Assembly: GCA_963745235.1 (NCBI GenBank)
Contig: CAVUXE010000009.1
Span: 187,402-251,401, forward strand
Reading direction: 5' to 3'
Length of the DNA: 64,000 nt
DNA from: an uncultured Spirochaetota bacterium
Lineage (GTDB): Bacteria > Spirochaetota > Spirochaetia > SZUA-6 > Fen-1364
Shown here piece by piece: positions 9,856 to 19,707 of the stretch. Under the pieces are notes generated by a model. The model had not been told where the DNA came from. It ran no database searches and worked only from the letters and a program-made list of their open reading frames with translations. A program made the translations under genes and the position numbers. Numbering within the stretch: position 1 is the first letter of the stretch; every line of letters begins with the position of its first letter.

Positions 9856-11898
9856 CTAGGACAACCTCCAGACCAGGACGGCAAGAAGGGCCGCGGCCAG
9901 GTACAGCACGTAGAGCTGAAGCCTGCCGTGCTGGAGCCACGCCATGCGGGAGAGCGCGGCGCCGGCCCCCTTGAAGACGGGACGGAAGAAGCGCTGCGCA
10001 AAGAGGTCAGGTGTTTCTGAGGCAAAGCTCGCCTCTTTCGGGAAAGGCTCCTCGATGGGGCGCCAGCGGCGCGTTGTCCGCAGGAGCGTGCCGAACATGC
10101 CGGTGAGCGGCTGCGCGAAGGAAGAGGAGGTGTACTGCATGCGGGCATCGGGCTTCACGTACCCGCAATCCCAGGTCCCGGACCGGATGACGGCACGGCC
10201 CCGCTGCAGGAGCACGCGGACAAGGGCCATGGCCCCGCTCAGCGCGGCAACACATAGGGCAGCCAGCACCACGCTTTGCAGCCCGGCCCGGGCGGGCCCG
10301 ACAAGACCGGCCGCTGCCCCCGGCTCCAGGCCGGCCAGGACCCCAACCACGGGAGCAATGAGTGACAGCGCGTAAGGTCCCGCCAGCCCGATTGCGGCGC
10401 ATGCCGCTGCCAGGAAAAGCACGGGAGCGACAAGAGAGACGCCGGCCTCCACCGCTTTCGCTGCTTCGGGAGCGCGCGGCTCGCCCAGGAAGGTGATACC
10501 GAAGGCTTTTGTAAAGCACGCGGCAGCCAGGCCGCCAATCAGGGCAAGCGCGCCGACTACCACCGCTCCAGAGACGGCAAGAGGAATGCCGGGAAGGGCG
10601 AATCCGTGAAAGGCCCCCAGGAAAATCAGGAGCTCACTCACGAAGCCGTTCAAAGGCGGGAGCCCGCTGATTGCGGCGGCTCCAACCAGGAAGCCCAGGC
10701 CGGTGAGAGGCATTCGCCGCAGAAGCCCGCCCAGGCGGTCCATCTCCCGTGTGCCGGTGGCGTGCGTGGCGGCCCCTGCCCCCAGGAACAGAAGACCCTT
10801 GAAGATCGCGTGGTTGAGCACGTGCAGGAGCCCGCCCGCAAAGCCGAGGACCGCCACCACCGGCGCGTTGTAGCTCACGCCAAGGAGCCCGACGCCCAGG
10901 CCCAGGCAGATGATCCCGATGTTTTCCACGCTGTGATAGGCGAGCAGTCTCTTGATGTCGTGCTGGGCCAGCGCAAAGAGCACGCCCACGATCCCGGAGA
11001 CGGCCCCCACCGCAACCAGCGTCCACCCCCACCACGCCACGGGCGCTCCGAGAAATGTCAGTACCCGCAGGATCCCGTAGATCCCCGTCTTGATCATGAC
11101 ACCGCTCATGAGAGCGCTCACGTGGGACGGAGCAGCGGGATGCGCCTCCGGCAGCCAGACGTGCAGCGGGACGATCCCGGCCTTCGTGCCGAAGCCGACA
11201 AGGCTGAGAACAAAGACGATGCCGGAAACGGCGCCGATCCCCGTCCCTGATCCGGCTGCAAACCTGGCGAAGTCCAGCACCGCCCCCTGCTCCTGCCCCG
11301 CAGGGCTGGCCGCGGGAGCACCCGCGCTCCCTGCTGCGCCGAGGATCAGGAACATCACCATGAGGAAGGCGGTGCCGATCTGCGTTGCAACCAGGTAGGT
11401 GATGCCGGCCTGCCGGACTTCTTCTCGTTCGTGCTCGTGCGTCACAAGGAGCCATGAGGAAAGGGACATGATCTCCCAGGCCATGAGGAACAGCACCGCG
11501 TTGCGCGCAAGGACAACGAGCGCCATGCTTGCCGCAAGGACACAGAAAAAGAGCCACGAGGACCCGAGGCTCCTTTCGCGGGAGCCATGCCGCAGGGAGC
11601 CGAACCCGAACACCGCACAGACCGCGGAGAGGCCGTAGATGGGCAGCAGGAAGAAACCGCTCAGCGGATCGAACCCGATGGAAAACGATGCGCCGATTGA
11701 CGTGTTCCAGGGAAGGGAAACCGTCTCCCAGCGGGCATTCAGGAGCGCCGCAATGGTGATGCCCAGACCGATCAGGCTTGCACCAGTAGCTCCCGCCGCG
11801 CCAAGTGCGTGGGAAAGAGCTCCGCGCCGGCCGGCAAGCACGGCGCAGAATCCGACAACCACTAGGAGCGCGGGAGGCAGCAGAGACAGCGGAATCAA
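9856..11898 (-). CDS. HyfB-like proton-conducting membrane subunit
   Basis: GFGTKAGIVPLHVWLPEAHPAAPSHVSALMSG, KRLLAYHSVENIG, TWDCGY, RMQYT. Confidence 0.92.
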   Translation of the reverse strand: MIPLSLLPPALLVVVGFCAVLAGRRGALSHALGAAGATGASLIGLGITIAALLNARWETVSLPWNTSIGASFSIGFDPLSGFFLLPIYGLSAVCAVFGFGSLRHGSRERSLGSSWLFFCVLAASMALVVLARNAVLFLMAWEIMSLSSWLLVTHEHEREEVRQAGITYLVATQIGTAFLMVMFLILGAAGSAGAPAASPAGQEQGAVLDFARFAAGSGTGIGAVSGIVFVLSLVGFGTKAGIVPLHVWLPEAHPAAPSHVSALMSGVMIKTGIYGILRVLTFLGAPVAWWGWTLVAVGAVSGIVGVLFALAQHDIKRLLAYHSVENIGIICLGLGVGLLGVSYNAPVVAVLGFAGGLLHVLNHAIFKGLLFLGAGAATHATGTREMDRLGGLLRRMPLTGLGFLVGAAAISGLPPLNGFVSELLIFLGAFHGFALPGIPLAVSGAVVVGALALIGGLAAACFTKAFGITFLGEPRAPEAAKAVEAGVSLVAPVLFLAAACAAIGLAGPYALSLIAPVVGVLAGLEPGAAAGLVGPARAGLQSVVLAALCVAALSGAMALVRVLLQRGRAVIRSGTWDCGYVKPDARMQYTSSSFAQPLTGMFGTLLRTTRRWRPIEEPFPKEASFASETPDLFAQRFFRPVFKGAGAALSRMAWLQHGRLQLYVLYLAAALLAVLVWRLS

Positions 11899-11899
11899 T

Positions 11900-12601
11900 T
11901 CACACCCCTCCCGACGCGGCTGATCGAGGAGCCGCCGCGAGGTCCACTGCCCCGGCGCCCGCCAGGAGAGCGTCCCGCGTGTGCTGTCCCTCCACGGGTC
12001 CGCGGAACTGGGCCATGCGGAGACCGTAGGTGAGCCGGGAAAGGAGGTGCAGGTGCGCGCGCACAGTGGGGCTCACGAGGGTGAAAAGCGTATGGACGGG
12101 CAGGCCGTCAATTGCCCCGAACTCGATGGGTGTCTCCAGGAAGCACAATGTGATCATGGGTCGTGGGATGTGAAGGACAATCGGGTTACGAACATGGGGG
12201 ATGGCAATCCCGCCGCCGAATCCCGTCGACCCGAGGGATTCCCGCGCAAGGATCACGGAAAGCAGGAACTTCCTGTCCACCTCGTCCGGGAGCCTCATCA
12301 GCTCGACAACCGCAGCCAGCACCTCGGCCTTCGACATCCCGCCCACGCGGTAATGGATCCCGCCGGCCTTGATTGCCTGCTCCAGCCCCGGCAACGGCTC
12401 TTCTTCCCCGCCGCCGTCCCCGAAGATCTCCGGAGACACTCCGACCCTCTTCGCGGTTGCCCATTCAAGGAGCTCCGCTCGGTTGAAGCGGTACAGGTCG
12501 TTCACCCGGTAGGCGGGCAGGTCCCCCTTCTTGATCCAGCGGTAGACGGTTTTCTCGGATACTCCGAGGAGTCTCGCGGCTTCCTTGACGTCGATCTGCA
12601 T
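11900..12601 (-). CDS. Excisionase-type HTH fused to a PTS EIIA (PtsN-like) domain
   Basis: VKEAARLLGVSEKTVYRWI HTH; RESLGSTGFGGGIAIPH EIIA motif; heads the Ehr operon. Confidence 0.88.
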   Translation of the reverse strand: MQIDVKEAARLLGVSEKTVYRWIKKGDLPAYRVNDLYRFNRAELLEWATAKRVGVSPEIFGDGGGEEEPLPGLEQAIKAGGIHYRVGGMSKAEVLAAVVELMRLPDEVDRKFLLSVILARESLGSTGFGGGIAIPHVRNPIVLHIPRPMITLCFLETPIEFGAIDGLPVHTLFTLVSPTVRAHLHLLSRLTYGLRMAQFRGPVEGQHTRDALLAGAGAVDLAAAPRSAASGGV

Positions 12602-12686
12602 TGTATGAGCTTTACGTGTCTCAAGTTGAGACAACGCAGGGATAATGTCCAAAGATGTCAGATCAAGTCAAGGGCCGAGAAGACGA

Positions 12687-13433
12687 CTACTTAGCCTTTC
12701 CCTGGCTCTTCACTGACGCCACCGCCTTCTGGAGCTCAGCCTCATCAGCAAGATAGTAGTGCTTGATTGGCGACAGCCTGTCATCCAGCTCATAGACGAG
12801 GGGAATGCCTGTGGGGATGTCCAGGCCGGCAATGTCCCTGTCCGAGATGGAGTCCAGCATCTTCACCAGGGCGCGAAGGCTGTTGCCGTGCGCCGCGATA
12901 ATGACCTTTTTTCCCTTCTTCAGGGACGGGGCGATGGTGTCATGCCAGTACGGCAGGGCGCGCGCCACGGTGTCCTTGAGGCACTCAGTGAGCGGAAGGT
13001 CCTTTTCCGCCAGGTCGCGGTAACGCGGGTCGTTCGAGGGATGCCGCCGGTCACTCTTCTCCAGCTTCGGAGGAGGAACGTCGTAGCTTCTGCGCCACTC
13101 GTGCACCTGCTCCTCTCCGAACTTCGCCGCGGTCTCAGCCTTGTTCAGGCCCTGCAGCGCGCCGTAGTGGCGCTCGTTCAGCCGCCAGGTGTTGATGACG
13201 GGGATCCACATCAGGTCCATCTCATCCAGGGTCATCCAGAGGGTGCGGATGGCGCGCTTCAGGACCGATGTGTAGGCAAGGTCGAAGACGTACCCGTCAG
13301 CCTTGAGTCTCTGTCCGGCGCTTTTCGCCTCCGCCCTCCCCTTGTCGGAGAGATCCACGTCGGTCCACCCGGTAAACCTGTTTTCCTTGTTCCAGACGCT
13401 TTCACCATGTCGAAGCAATACGAGTCGGATCAT
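12687..13433 (-). CDS. gpmA: 2,3-bisphosphoglycerate-dependent phosphoglycerate mutase
   Basis: [38 protein letters not shown]. Confidence 0.97.
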   Translation of the reverse strand: MIRLVLLRHGESVWNKENRFTGWTDVDLSDKGRAEAKSAGQRLKADGYVFDLAYTSVLKRAIRTLWMTLDEMDLMWIPVINTWRLNERHYGALQGLNKAETAAKFGEEQVHEWRRSYDVPPPKLEKSDRRHPSNDPRYRDLAEKDLPLTECLKDTVARALPYWHDTIAPSLKKGKKVIIAAHGNSLRALVKMLDSISDRDIAGLDIPTGIPLVYELDDRLSPIKHYYLADEAELQKAVASVKSQGKAK

Positions 13434-14632
13434 GCGCGTACTATATCGCCCGGCGCGCCGGCCTGCAATTGGGCCGCGAGCTTCAAGACTCCCTCGCGGA
13501 ACACAGGGCCGGGAGTCAGGAGACTGAGAACGAGATGGCTTCCCGACGGGAAGTCGTAGAAATACCCGGGATGCACCACGACGCCATCCCGCTCGATGCA
13601 CCGCACGCAGATCTCCTCATCCGAGACCTCCTCAGGGAGCCTGACTACCGCGTACCAGCCGCCCTCCCGCTTCAGGATCCGGCAGGAGGGGACCACCCTG
13701 AGCGCCTCCTCAAGGGCGCGCTCGTTCTCCTCGAGCCGCTTCAGGATCTGGGCCTGGATTGCCTTCCTCTGACCGAGGATGATCGAAGCCCCGAGCTGGA
13801 CGGGCGTGGACACGGACAGGTAGGCATCAGCTATGAACTCCAGGCCCTCCGCGGCCCTGAGGCGCAGGTCCCGCGGGCCGTTCACGTGGGTCCATGCGAG
13901 CTTCATCTGCGGCAGGCCGACGATCTTGGAGAGCCCGTTCAGGACAAAGGTCAGCGCCCCGTTTTCCCCGGCAGCGCTGGAGACTCTGGTGGCATCCGCG
14001 CCGCGGCCGTAATCGCTGAACACCTCGTCCACGATGAGCGCCAGGTCGAACCTCCGGCAAAGCTCAGTGATCCCCGCAAGCTCGTCCTTTTTCAGGAATG
14101 CGCCGGTGGGGTTGTTGGGGCTGACCACCACGATTGCCCGCGTCCGGTTGCTGATGGTGTTCGCAAGGCGCTCCAGGTCAACCATCCACCCCCGCCTGTC
14201 GTCGTAGAGGCTCCGATAGGGAACAAGTCGCACCGCCTCCAGCGTGGTCAGGACTTCCAGGAGCGGGTATCCGGGCACCGGGACAAGGATCTCATCTCCC
14301 GGGTCGGTCAGCAGCTTGAACAGGTACCCGTAGGCTTCACTGGTGCCCGAGGCAAGGACCAGGAAGTCCGGGTCCACTGCAACATCGCGTTCGCTGTAGT
14401 ACAGGGAGACAGCTTTGCGCGCGGCCAGGAGCCCCTGGGGGTGAGGCTCATAGAGCATGGCGCCCGGCTGGACAAGCGCCCCGGAAATAGCGGCCTGGTC
14501 GTAGAGGATTGCGCTCCGCGTGGGGTTTGACTCCGTGAGGTCCAGGAGCGCCGCGCCGGCCTTCCTCCTGCGCTCCAGGGCCTGGGTGAGCCTGTTCGTG
14601 GTCGTGTTTTTCGAAATTCGATTGGAAAACAT
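13430..14632 (-). CDS. PLP-dependent class I/II aminotransferase
   Basis: [26 protein letters not shown] (PLP lysine). Confidence 0.92.
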   Translation of the reverse strand: MFSNRISKNTTTNRLTQALERRRKAGAALLDLTESNPTRSAILYDQAAISGALVQPGAMLYEPHPQGLLAARKAVSLYYSERDVAVDPDFLVLASGTSEAYGYLFKLLTDPGDEILVPVPGYPLLEVLTTLEAVRLVPYRSLYDDRRGWMVDLERLANTISNRTRAIVVVSPNNPTGAFLKKDELAGITELCRRFDLALIVDEVFSDYGRGADATRVSSAAGENGALTFVLNGLSKIVGLPQMKLAWTHVNGPRDLRLRAAEGLEFIADAYLSVSTPVQLGASIILGQRKAIQAQILKRLEENERALEEALRVVPSCRILKREGGWYAVVRLPEEVSDEEICVRCIERDGVVVHPGYFYDFPSGSHLVLSLLTPGPVFREGVLKLAAQLQAGAPGDIVRA

Positions 14633-14708
14633 TGCGCGGTTTGCCCGCTCGGGCGAAGCCCGGAGCGCTCAGGAGGCGCCCCGGGCTTTGGGTTTCAGGT
14701 GTTTGTGC

Positions 14709-15721
14709 TTAGAACTGGATCCGGGCGTTCACCATCCCGGCAAAGGATCCGCTCAGGAACTCGTACTCGGCCCCCAGGCCGATTTTCAGGATGAAGAGAT
14801 TGAACGAGAAGCCGCCGAAAACCCGGGTCGCGAACCCGTTTGCCCCCGCGGTGACGGCGAAGGTCTGGTTTGCGGTGGTGTAGTTCGTGCCGAGCGCGGA
14901 GTTCATCTGGTTGAGCTGCGTCTGGGTGGGCGCTACACCGTTGAGAAGGATTGCGGACTGCATGCCGCCGCCGGCATTCGATATACCAAACGACGCGCCG
15001 AGCCCGATATACGGCGTTATGATGAACAGCGACTTGCTGAGCTGAACCTTGAGATCGATCACGTTGGAGTTCCAGAAAAAGTTGAGCGAGGGATTCTGGA
15101 ACTGAATGTTGTATGTGCTCCCTCCGAAGGAAACGCTTTGAATGGTCGGGTTTCCGTTCAGGACCTGCGGGATGGAAACGTTGCCTCTCATGTACGTGTA
15201 TCCGATCCCCACGGAGATGCCGGGCGCAAATCCGCTGTCCTTGACGAGCGCGTACCGGACGTCGCCGCCCAGGAGGAGGTAGTCAGCGGAAAAGTTGTTG
15301 ATGTTCAGCGAGTTGGGCGATATGTAGCTGAACTTCAATCCGATATCGAAGGGCAGAATGAAGCCACCGATTCTCAAATCTATGGTATACGCGGGAACCG
15401 GTATTCCCAGGTTCTGCAGGAAGCTGAGGTTCGAGGGAATGTTCGGTGCGCCTCCCCCTGGAAAGTGCTGATTGCCCCTTTTATCGCCGAGTAGGGGAGA
15501 GTCGCGGCTCCTACAGTCAGCCCGAGGCCGAAATGCGGGAATTGCCCGATGTAAGCATCGGACCAGTTCAGTCCCACGGAAGTCTCCAGGGGGAGGGCAC
15601 TGGCGGTGCCGCTGGCGAAACCTTGAATTGCGCTCTGGAAAGCGGCAAAACTGGGGATGTTCTGTGCGAAAAGGGAACCGCCAACGACCACCAGCACCGC
15701 TACGAGGAGAAGCCTTTTCAT
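14709..15721 (-). CDS. Probable outer-membrane beta-barrel protein, frameshifted
   Basis: Signal peptide in the 15380-15721 fragment; amphipathic beta strands and a C-terminal Phe (VNARIQF) in the 14709-15377 fragment. Confidence 0.6.
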
Positions 15722-15769
15722 CTCTTTCCTCCTGACCCTCTGAAGGATACCTCAGCGGCAGCTTTTTTC

Positions 15770-16339
15770 CTATTGTTGCAGCTTCAGCCGTACGGAGCTC
15801 CGAAAGAAATGGCGTTCGGTCAGGTCCTTCCGCTGCCCCATTGCGAAGATGAGATCGAGGTGGCTTTGCCCCGAACTGATGTACGCGGCCGACCTCAGCG
15901 CGATCTCCAGCGTGGTCTTTCCGTCAGCCTCTTTCATGGCGTACGCGACTACCGTGGAGGGCACATCCCCGTAGACATCCCCGTGAGTGTGGGCTGTTCC
16001 CGTCTGGGGTTTGAGCCGGACCGTCCCGTCCGGCTCGATGACCCCCATGAAGATGGTCGCGCCGTCCATTTTCAGCGAACCAAGGCCAACCGCCACCCAG
16101 CCCGTCGTATGTGCGACAACCCCGAGGTACAGGGTGTCGACGGAGCGGTTTGCGTACAGCTTCAGGAAGCCGTAGTCATGGGAGTAGCTGTACTCATCTT
16201 CATGGACCACGCCGTCAACAGTCGTCGCGATCGAGCTAACGAGCAGCGGTTGCTGCTCCTCCCCCAGGCCGGCTCCCCCCAGGGCAAGAACCACCGCGGC
16301 AAGGAAAGCCGTTCTTCGAAGGGTTTGCCATGCTTTCAT
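15770..16339 (-). CDS. Secreted DOMON-domain protein
   Basis: Signal peptide; TTGWVAVGLG..MDGATIFMG DOMON signature. Confidence 0.75.
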   Translation of the reverse strand: MKAWQTLRRTAFLAAVVLALGGAGLGEEQQPLLVSSIATTVDGVVHEDEYSYSHDYGFLKLYANRSVDTLYLGVVAHTTGWVAVGLGSLKMDGATIFMGVIEPDGTVRLKPQTGTAHTHGDVYGDVPSTVVAYAMKEADGKTTLEIALRSAAYISSGQSHLDLIFAMGQRKDLTERHFFRSSVRLKLQQ

Positions 16340-16352
16340 CGTCTGAATCCTC

Positions 16353-17672
16353 ATGAAACAATACAGAATTGCGATGCCCGCGGCGTTGTGCGTCTTTGCG
16401 CTTGCCGGCGCAAACCTCCTGTGGTCCCAGGCCGGGCCGGTTGCTGAGTCACAGCCCCCCGCGCCTCTGCTTGCCACTCCGTGGTATCAGACGCGAGTCA
16501 TGGGAGACCGCATCCTTGACCAGGTCCTTCTCTTCTACCTGGCAGAGGTCTGGCAGGGAAGCTCGGACGTCGGTGAGGTCCTGGATACCGCAAGCAGGAT
16601 CCGTTCGGAGGATGAATACAGCTGGACACGGGAATGGCAAAAGACCGCGGAAAGGCTCAGGCTGCTGGCCAGCACCAGCGAGCAGGCCGGCCACTCCTTC
16701 AGCGCAGGGCAGGCCTATCTCAGGGCGGCCACCTATTACCGCGCCTCGCTGCACAGGTATCCAACGCCCTCGGACCCGGCAGTCCGGGAGATGAGCGCGC
16801 TGGAGGCGGCATGCTTCACAAAGGCCCTCCGTCTGCTTCGGATCCCGGCGCAGCCCGTGAGGATTCCCTACGAGGGAACGACGCTTCCCGGGTACTTCTT
16901 TCGCTCCCCGGGTGCCGCAAAGAGGGCACCGGTGGTGATCGTGCACCAGGGGCGGGACGCATGGGCGGAAGACTGCCTGTATATCGCCCAGGAGGCGATG
17001 CGCCGCGGCTACCATGCTCTGCTCTTCGACGGCCCGGGCATGGGACAGACCCTCAGGCTGCAGGGGCTCGCCTTCCGTCCTGACTGGGAGAAGGTCATAA
17101 CGCCCGTGGTGGACTTCGTGATCAGGGCTCCCGGCGTGGACCCCCGGCGGATCGCGTTGATGGGGCTCAGCATGGGCGGCGCTCTGGCTCCCCGGGCCGC
17201 GGCTTTCGAGAAGCGCCTGAAGCTCCTGATCTGCGATCCAGGAGTATACGAGTGGTCGCGCATCTACACGGATTTCCTCTCGCACGGAAACCCGGAGCTT
17301 GCCGAGATGCCGCGCAAGGACCCGGGGCGCTTCAACGCCCTGATCGAGCAGGCCGCCCGGGCGGATCCCGTCATCAGGTGGGGCATGGTGGACAGCATGT
17401 GGAAACACGGCGCGCGGAGTCCCGCGGAACTCCTCATCGCCATGGAGCAATACACGAACAAGGGCTTCGCGGAAAAGATCACCGCCCGGACGCTCGTGGT
17501 CGACGGCGAGGAGGAAGAGTTCGGCCAGGCCCGGGAGCTCTTTGATGCTTTGCGCTGTCCAAAGGACTACCTCCTTTTCACCCGGGAAGAGACGGCTCCC
17601 CTTCACGTGCAGGTCGGCGCTCTTGCGGTCTCCAGCCAGCGCATTTTCGACTGGATTGACGACTCCATCTGA
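16353..17672 (+). CDS. Secreted alpha/beta hydrolase (FrsA/peptidase S9-like)
   Basis: IPYEGTTLPGYF, FDGPGMG, GLSMGG nucleophile elbow. Confidence 0.88.
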   Translation: MKQYRIAMPAALCVFALAGANLLWSQAGPVAESQPPAPLLATPWYQTRVMGDRILDQVLLFYLAEVWQGSSDVGEVLDTASRIRSEDEYSWTREWQKTAERLRLLASTSEQAGHSFSAGQAYLRAATYYRASLHRYPTPSDPAVREMSALEAACFTKALRLLRIPAQPVRIPYEGTTLPGYFFRSPGAAKRAPVVIVHQGRDAWAEDCLYIAQEAMRRGYHALLFDGPGMGQTLRLQGLAFRPDWEKVITPVVDFVIRAPGVDPRRIALMGLSMGGALAPRAAAFEKRLKLLICDPGVYEWSRIYTDFLSHGNPELAEMPRKDPGRFNALIEQAARADPVIRWGMVDSMWKHGARSPAELLIAMEQYTNKGFAEKITARTLVVDGEEEEFGQARELFDALRCPKDYLLFTREETAPLHVQVGALAVSSQRIFDWIDDSI

Positions 17673-17725
17673 AGGGGCACCGCGAATCATGGCGTGCCGG
17701 GGAATGCAGGGTCCGAGGCTGGGTA

Positions 17726-17754
17726 TTGACAGATTTCAATCGTGAGTTTATTCT
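17726..17754 (+). promoter_or_regulatory. Sigma70-type promoter of the hyd maturation operon
   Basis: TTGACA (17726-31), 17 bp spacer, TATTCT (17749-54). Confidence 0.75.
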
Positions 17755-17760
17755 CGATTC

Positions 17761-17845
17761 ATACCTGCGGTAAGGAGCTTCTCTGAAGCCAAGGGTCGCT
17801 GAATCAAAGCGCCTGCCTGTCCTCATCGCGGACGGGCTTTTTTTT
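17761..17845 (+). promoter_or_regulatory. Structured 5' leader ending in an intrinsic terminator (attenuator or riboswitch candidate)
   Basis: Hairpins gcttc/gaagc and cgct/agcg, then terminator gcctgtcc/ggacgggc plus T8 (17815-17845), between the promoter and the first gene. Confidence 0.6.
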
Positions 17846-17923
17846 GGCGCGCCGCCTGAAAAGCCGCTTCCGCGCAGCACGACCTTCCGACCCTCCCTTA
17901 CCCGCCAGCAAGGAGACCATGCC

Positions 17924-18175
17924 ATGGAACAGAGAGCGGTCGGAGTCGTTGCGGTCATCGTGAAACAAAGGGCCACGGGAGCGCCGGAAGTGAACGAGGT
18001 GCTCACGCAGTTCGGAGACATCATCCTGGGGAGAATGGGCCTGCCCTACGCCGCGCGGGACCTGAACATCATCACGCTGATCGTGGATGCCACAACGGAC
18101 CAGATCGGTTCCCTCACGGGGAAGCTGGGAATGATCAGGGACGTCACGGTCAAGTCCACCCTGGCGCGGATCTGA
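17924..18175 (+). CDS. TM1266-family iron-only hydrogenase system regulator
   Basis: 83 aa ACT-like protein with VNEVL, IILGRMGLPY and SLTGKLG; directly upstream of hydG. Confidence 0.88.
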   Translation: MEQRAVGVVAVIVKQRATGAPEVNEVLTQFGDIILGRMGLPYAARDLNIITLIVDATTDQIGSLTGKLGMIRDVTVKSTLARI

Positions 18176-18186
18176 GGGAGAGAGAC

Positions 18187-19692
18187 ATGCAGCACATGAC
18201 AACCCTGGAGCGGCGCTGGAAAGACAGCGTGATCAAGACTGATCAGATCAGCAGGTACCTTCATGATGGAAGGGATTTCATCGACGATGCTCTCATCGAG
18301 ACGCTCCTTGTGCGCGGACGAGACCCTGACCCCGCGTTGGTCCGTGGCACCATCGCGAAGGCCCTTTCCATCGAGACACTCCTCCCCGAGGAGACCTCTG
18401 CCCTCCTGAACGTGACGGACCCCGGTCTGTGGGAGGAGATCTTCGATGCAGCCGCACGGGTCAAGAACGCCGTCTATGACAACAGGGTGGTGACCTTCGC
18501 CCCGCTGTACTGCGCCAACCGGTGCGTCAACCGCTGCGTGTACTGCGGCTTTCGGGCGGACAACGGCGCGGTGCAGCGCCGGGTCCTGTCCTTCGAGGAA
18601 ATAGAGCGCGAAGCGCGGGTCCTTGCCGGGGAGCTGGGTCACAAGCGGATCGTTGCGGTCTACGGCGAGCATCCTTCCACGGGCGCCGACTATATTGCGG
18701 AAAGCATCCGGCGCATCTACTCGGTGAAGGTCCCCGTCCGCAAGGGTCGCGGTGAAATCCGCCGGGTGAACATCAACGCGGCCCCCCTGTCGATCGAAGA
18801 CCTCGTGACGATCCAGGAGGCCGGCATCGGGACCTACCAGGTCTTCCAGGAGACCTATCATCACGAGACATACCGGGGCGTGCACCCGGCGGGGACCGTG
18901 AAAGGCGACTTCGGGTGGAGGCTGTACGCGCTGCATCGGGCCATGGAGGCCGGTATTGATGACGTTGCGATCGGCGCCCTCTTCGGCCTGTACGACTGGA
19001 AGTTCGAGGTCATGGGCATGCTGTTCCACGCCCGGGACCTGGAAGGGCGCTTCGGAATAGGCCCTCACACGGTTTCCGTGCCCCGCATCGAGCCCGCCGT
19101 GAACACGGGCTTCGGCTGGCTGACTCACAAGGTCACGGACACGGATTTCAAGAGGTTGATTGCCGTTCTTCGCCTCAGCATCCCCTACGCGGGCCTCATC
19201 GTCACGTGCCGTGAAAGCCCCGAGCTGCTGCGGGACGTGATCCCCATGTGCACGCAGCGTGACGCCTCCAGCCGTATTGGCATCGGCGCATACAGCGACG
19301 AAGGGGGGGACCAGCAGGAGAGAAAACAGCAGTTTCTCCTCGGGGACACGCGGTCCCTGGACGAGGTCATTCGGGAGCTGGCTTCCCTGGGCTACATCAC
19401 CTCATTCTGCACGGCAGGTTATCGCTGCGGCCGGACCGGCAAGAACATCATGAACCTCCTGCGCACGGGGAAGGAGGGGTGCTTCTGCAAGCTGAACGCT
19501 GTCCTCACGTTCCAGGAATGGCTTGAGGATTTTGCGTCACCCGAAACACGGCGCATCGGAGAGGCGATCATCCAGAAGGAGATGGAGGAGATCAAGGCGA
19601 GGGAGCCCGTGGATTTCACTCCCGCAATCGTTCGCACGCTTACGGACTACCACGGCCGCATCAAGTCCGGTGAGCGGGACCTCTGCTTCTGA
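18187..19692 (+). CDS. hydG: [FeFe]-hydrogenase H-cluster radical SAM maturase HydG
   Basis: FAPLY..N.CVNRCVYCGF, YQVFQETY, GPHTVSVPRIEPA and C-terminal CX5CX19C. Confidence 0.95.
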   Translation: MQHMTTLERRWKDSVIKTDQISRYLHDGRDFIDDALIETLLVRGRDPDPALVRGTIAKALSIETLLPEETSALLNVTDPGLWEEIFDAAARVKNAVYDNRVVTFAPLYCANRCVNRCVYCGFRADNGAVQRRVLSFEEIEREARVLAGELGHKRIVAVYGEHPSTGADYIAESIRRIYSVKVPVRKGRGEIRRVNINAAPLSIEDLVTIQEAGIGTYQVFQETYHHETYRGVHPAGTVKGDFGWRLYALHRAMEAGIDDVAIGALFGLYDWKFEVMGMLFHARDLEGRFGIGPHTVSVPRIEPAVNTGFGWLTHKVTDTDFKRLIAVLRLSIPYAGLIVTCRESPELLRDVIPMCTQRDASSRIGIGAYSDEGGDQQERKQQFLLGDTRSLDEVIRELASLGYITSFCTAGYRCGRTGKNIMNLLRTGKEGCFCKLNAVLTFQEWLEDFASPETRRIGEAIIQKEMEEIKAREPVDFTPAIVRTLTDYHGRIKSGERDLCF

Positions 19693-19707
19693 GGGCGGGA
19701 CCCTCGA

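Noticed and set aside
19405-19490. HydG lacking the usual CX2CX22C auxiliary-cluster motif
   Set aside because: It has the known alternative CX5CX19C arrangement, so it is not novel
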